Shown here: one piece after another, positions 63,074 through 64,000 of the stretch
Layout: the number at the start of each line of letters is the position of its first letter
Numbering within the stretch: position 1 is the stretch's first letter
Assembly (NCBI RefSeq): GCF_018977255.1
Contig: NW_024704742.1
Location: forward strand, 133,984,001-134,048,000
Reading direction: 5' to 3'
From: Callorhinchus milii
Lineage: Eukaryota
Length of the DNA: 64,000 nucleotides
The notes under the pieces: model-generated
Database searches by the model: none
The model's input: the letters and a program-made list of their open reading frames with translations, nothing else
What the model was told of the DNA's origin: nothing
Position numbers and translations under genes: made by a program

Positions 63074-64000
63074 GTGGGCAGTCCTTGATTCAGCCATGTT
63101 AACTCCAATGGCTTTATTTTTGCTTAATGCTTTGTAAACATAAAAAACAATAGCTTCCATTTACATAGCACCCTTCATGCACGGTAGGGTCCCGGAGTGC
63201 TCGAACAAAGTGTAGAACAAAATCTTATGTTTAAGGACTATGGTTGCCTGCGTTTTGTGTAGGTTACCACAGTTTTATCAGTGAACCTTCCAAGTTTAGC
63301 CAAGACACACTTCACAACATCTTGGTTCTTCCTTGACTTTTGAATTGCAATGAACCATCTGCACAGCTTTATGTGAACTGATTGAAATCTTATAGAAGAT
63401 GCAAACATGGAGGAATATGCCAACGTTATGACGGAATAGGGTTCAGGGTTGTGAGGGGGAAATTTAACATTGGCACAAGGTAATGACTGTATATGCAGCT
63501 TTGGTACCTTTCAACAAGGCCTCGGGTGGAGGTGCCAGAGAAAAATTGTTGACCATATGGTGGGGGGGAGAGAAAGAAGATCATCATCTTCAGGAGAGTT
63601 GGACAAGGATGAAAGTTAGTGGGCTGAAGGGGCGGGAGATGGGAAAGCCTCAGCATTGTGATTGTTGGCACATTCAGCCTACAGTCACCTTCCCCCGATT
63701 CGGCCTCGGGCTCCGCCATTGTTAGCTCTCTGAGACTCCGCTCGGACTAGAGGGCGCTATATACATGCAAATTGTTGTAAGACAATGCAAATATTTATTT
63801 GTATTCGGGCAATCTTTTATAGACGCACAAGAAACTTCTTAGCTTTTAGAAATATCTAAACTTTCTCGTTGTGGTTGTATTTATTATCTTGCATCCTATT
63901 AATAACCTGCTGGTATTTTTACTACCCTGGTTAAGTTTTTTTTAAATCTAATTTCTCTTTTTAAGGCCCACCAAGGACAATTGGAGAACATAATCCAATA

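Overview
Repeat-rich vertebrate genomic DNA, most likely a cartilaginous fish (probably a chimaera/elephant shark; inferred from the retroposon families, not proven). The only host gene I can support is LMAN1 (ERGIC-53) on the + strand. Its CpG-island promoter lies at about 46.6-47.3 kb and coding exons 1-9 span 47047-63073 (383 codons, all GT-AG, phases consistent). The rest of the gene lies beyond the window. The ~46 kb upstream has no recognisable gene. It is filled with decayed L2 and CR1 LINE fragments, several age tiers of tRNA-derived SINEs sharing an L2-type 3' stem-loop, small DNA-transposon/hairpin elements, and a few repeat-free, homeobox-motif-rich islands that look like enhancers. 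Main oddities: a 53-nt copy of LMAN1 exon 5 inside an L2 remnant in intron 4; a SINE tail that forms most of the exon 8 splice acceptor region; a SINE series whose youngest form carries the L2 partner's loop sequence; a ~135-bp inverted local duplication; a ~980-bp tandem duplication; and an OTX/CRX-type site cluster. I found no convincing novel multi-gene system. Repeat boundaries were read by eye and are approximate.
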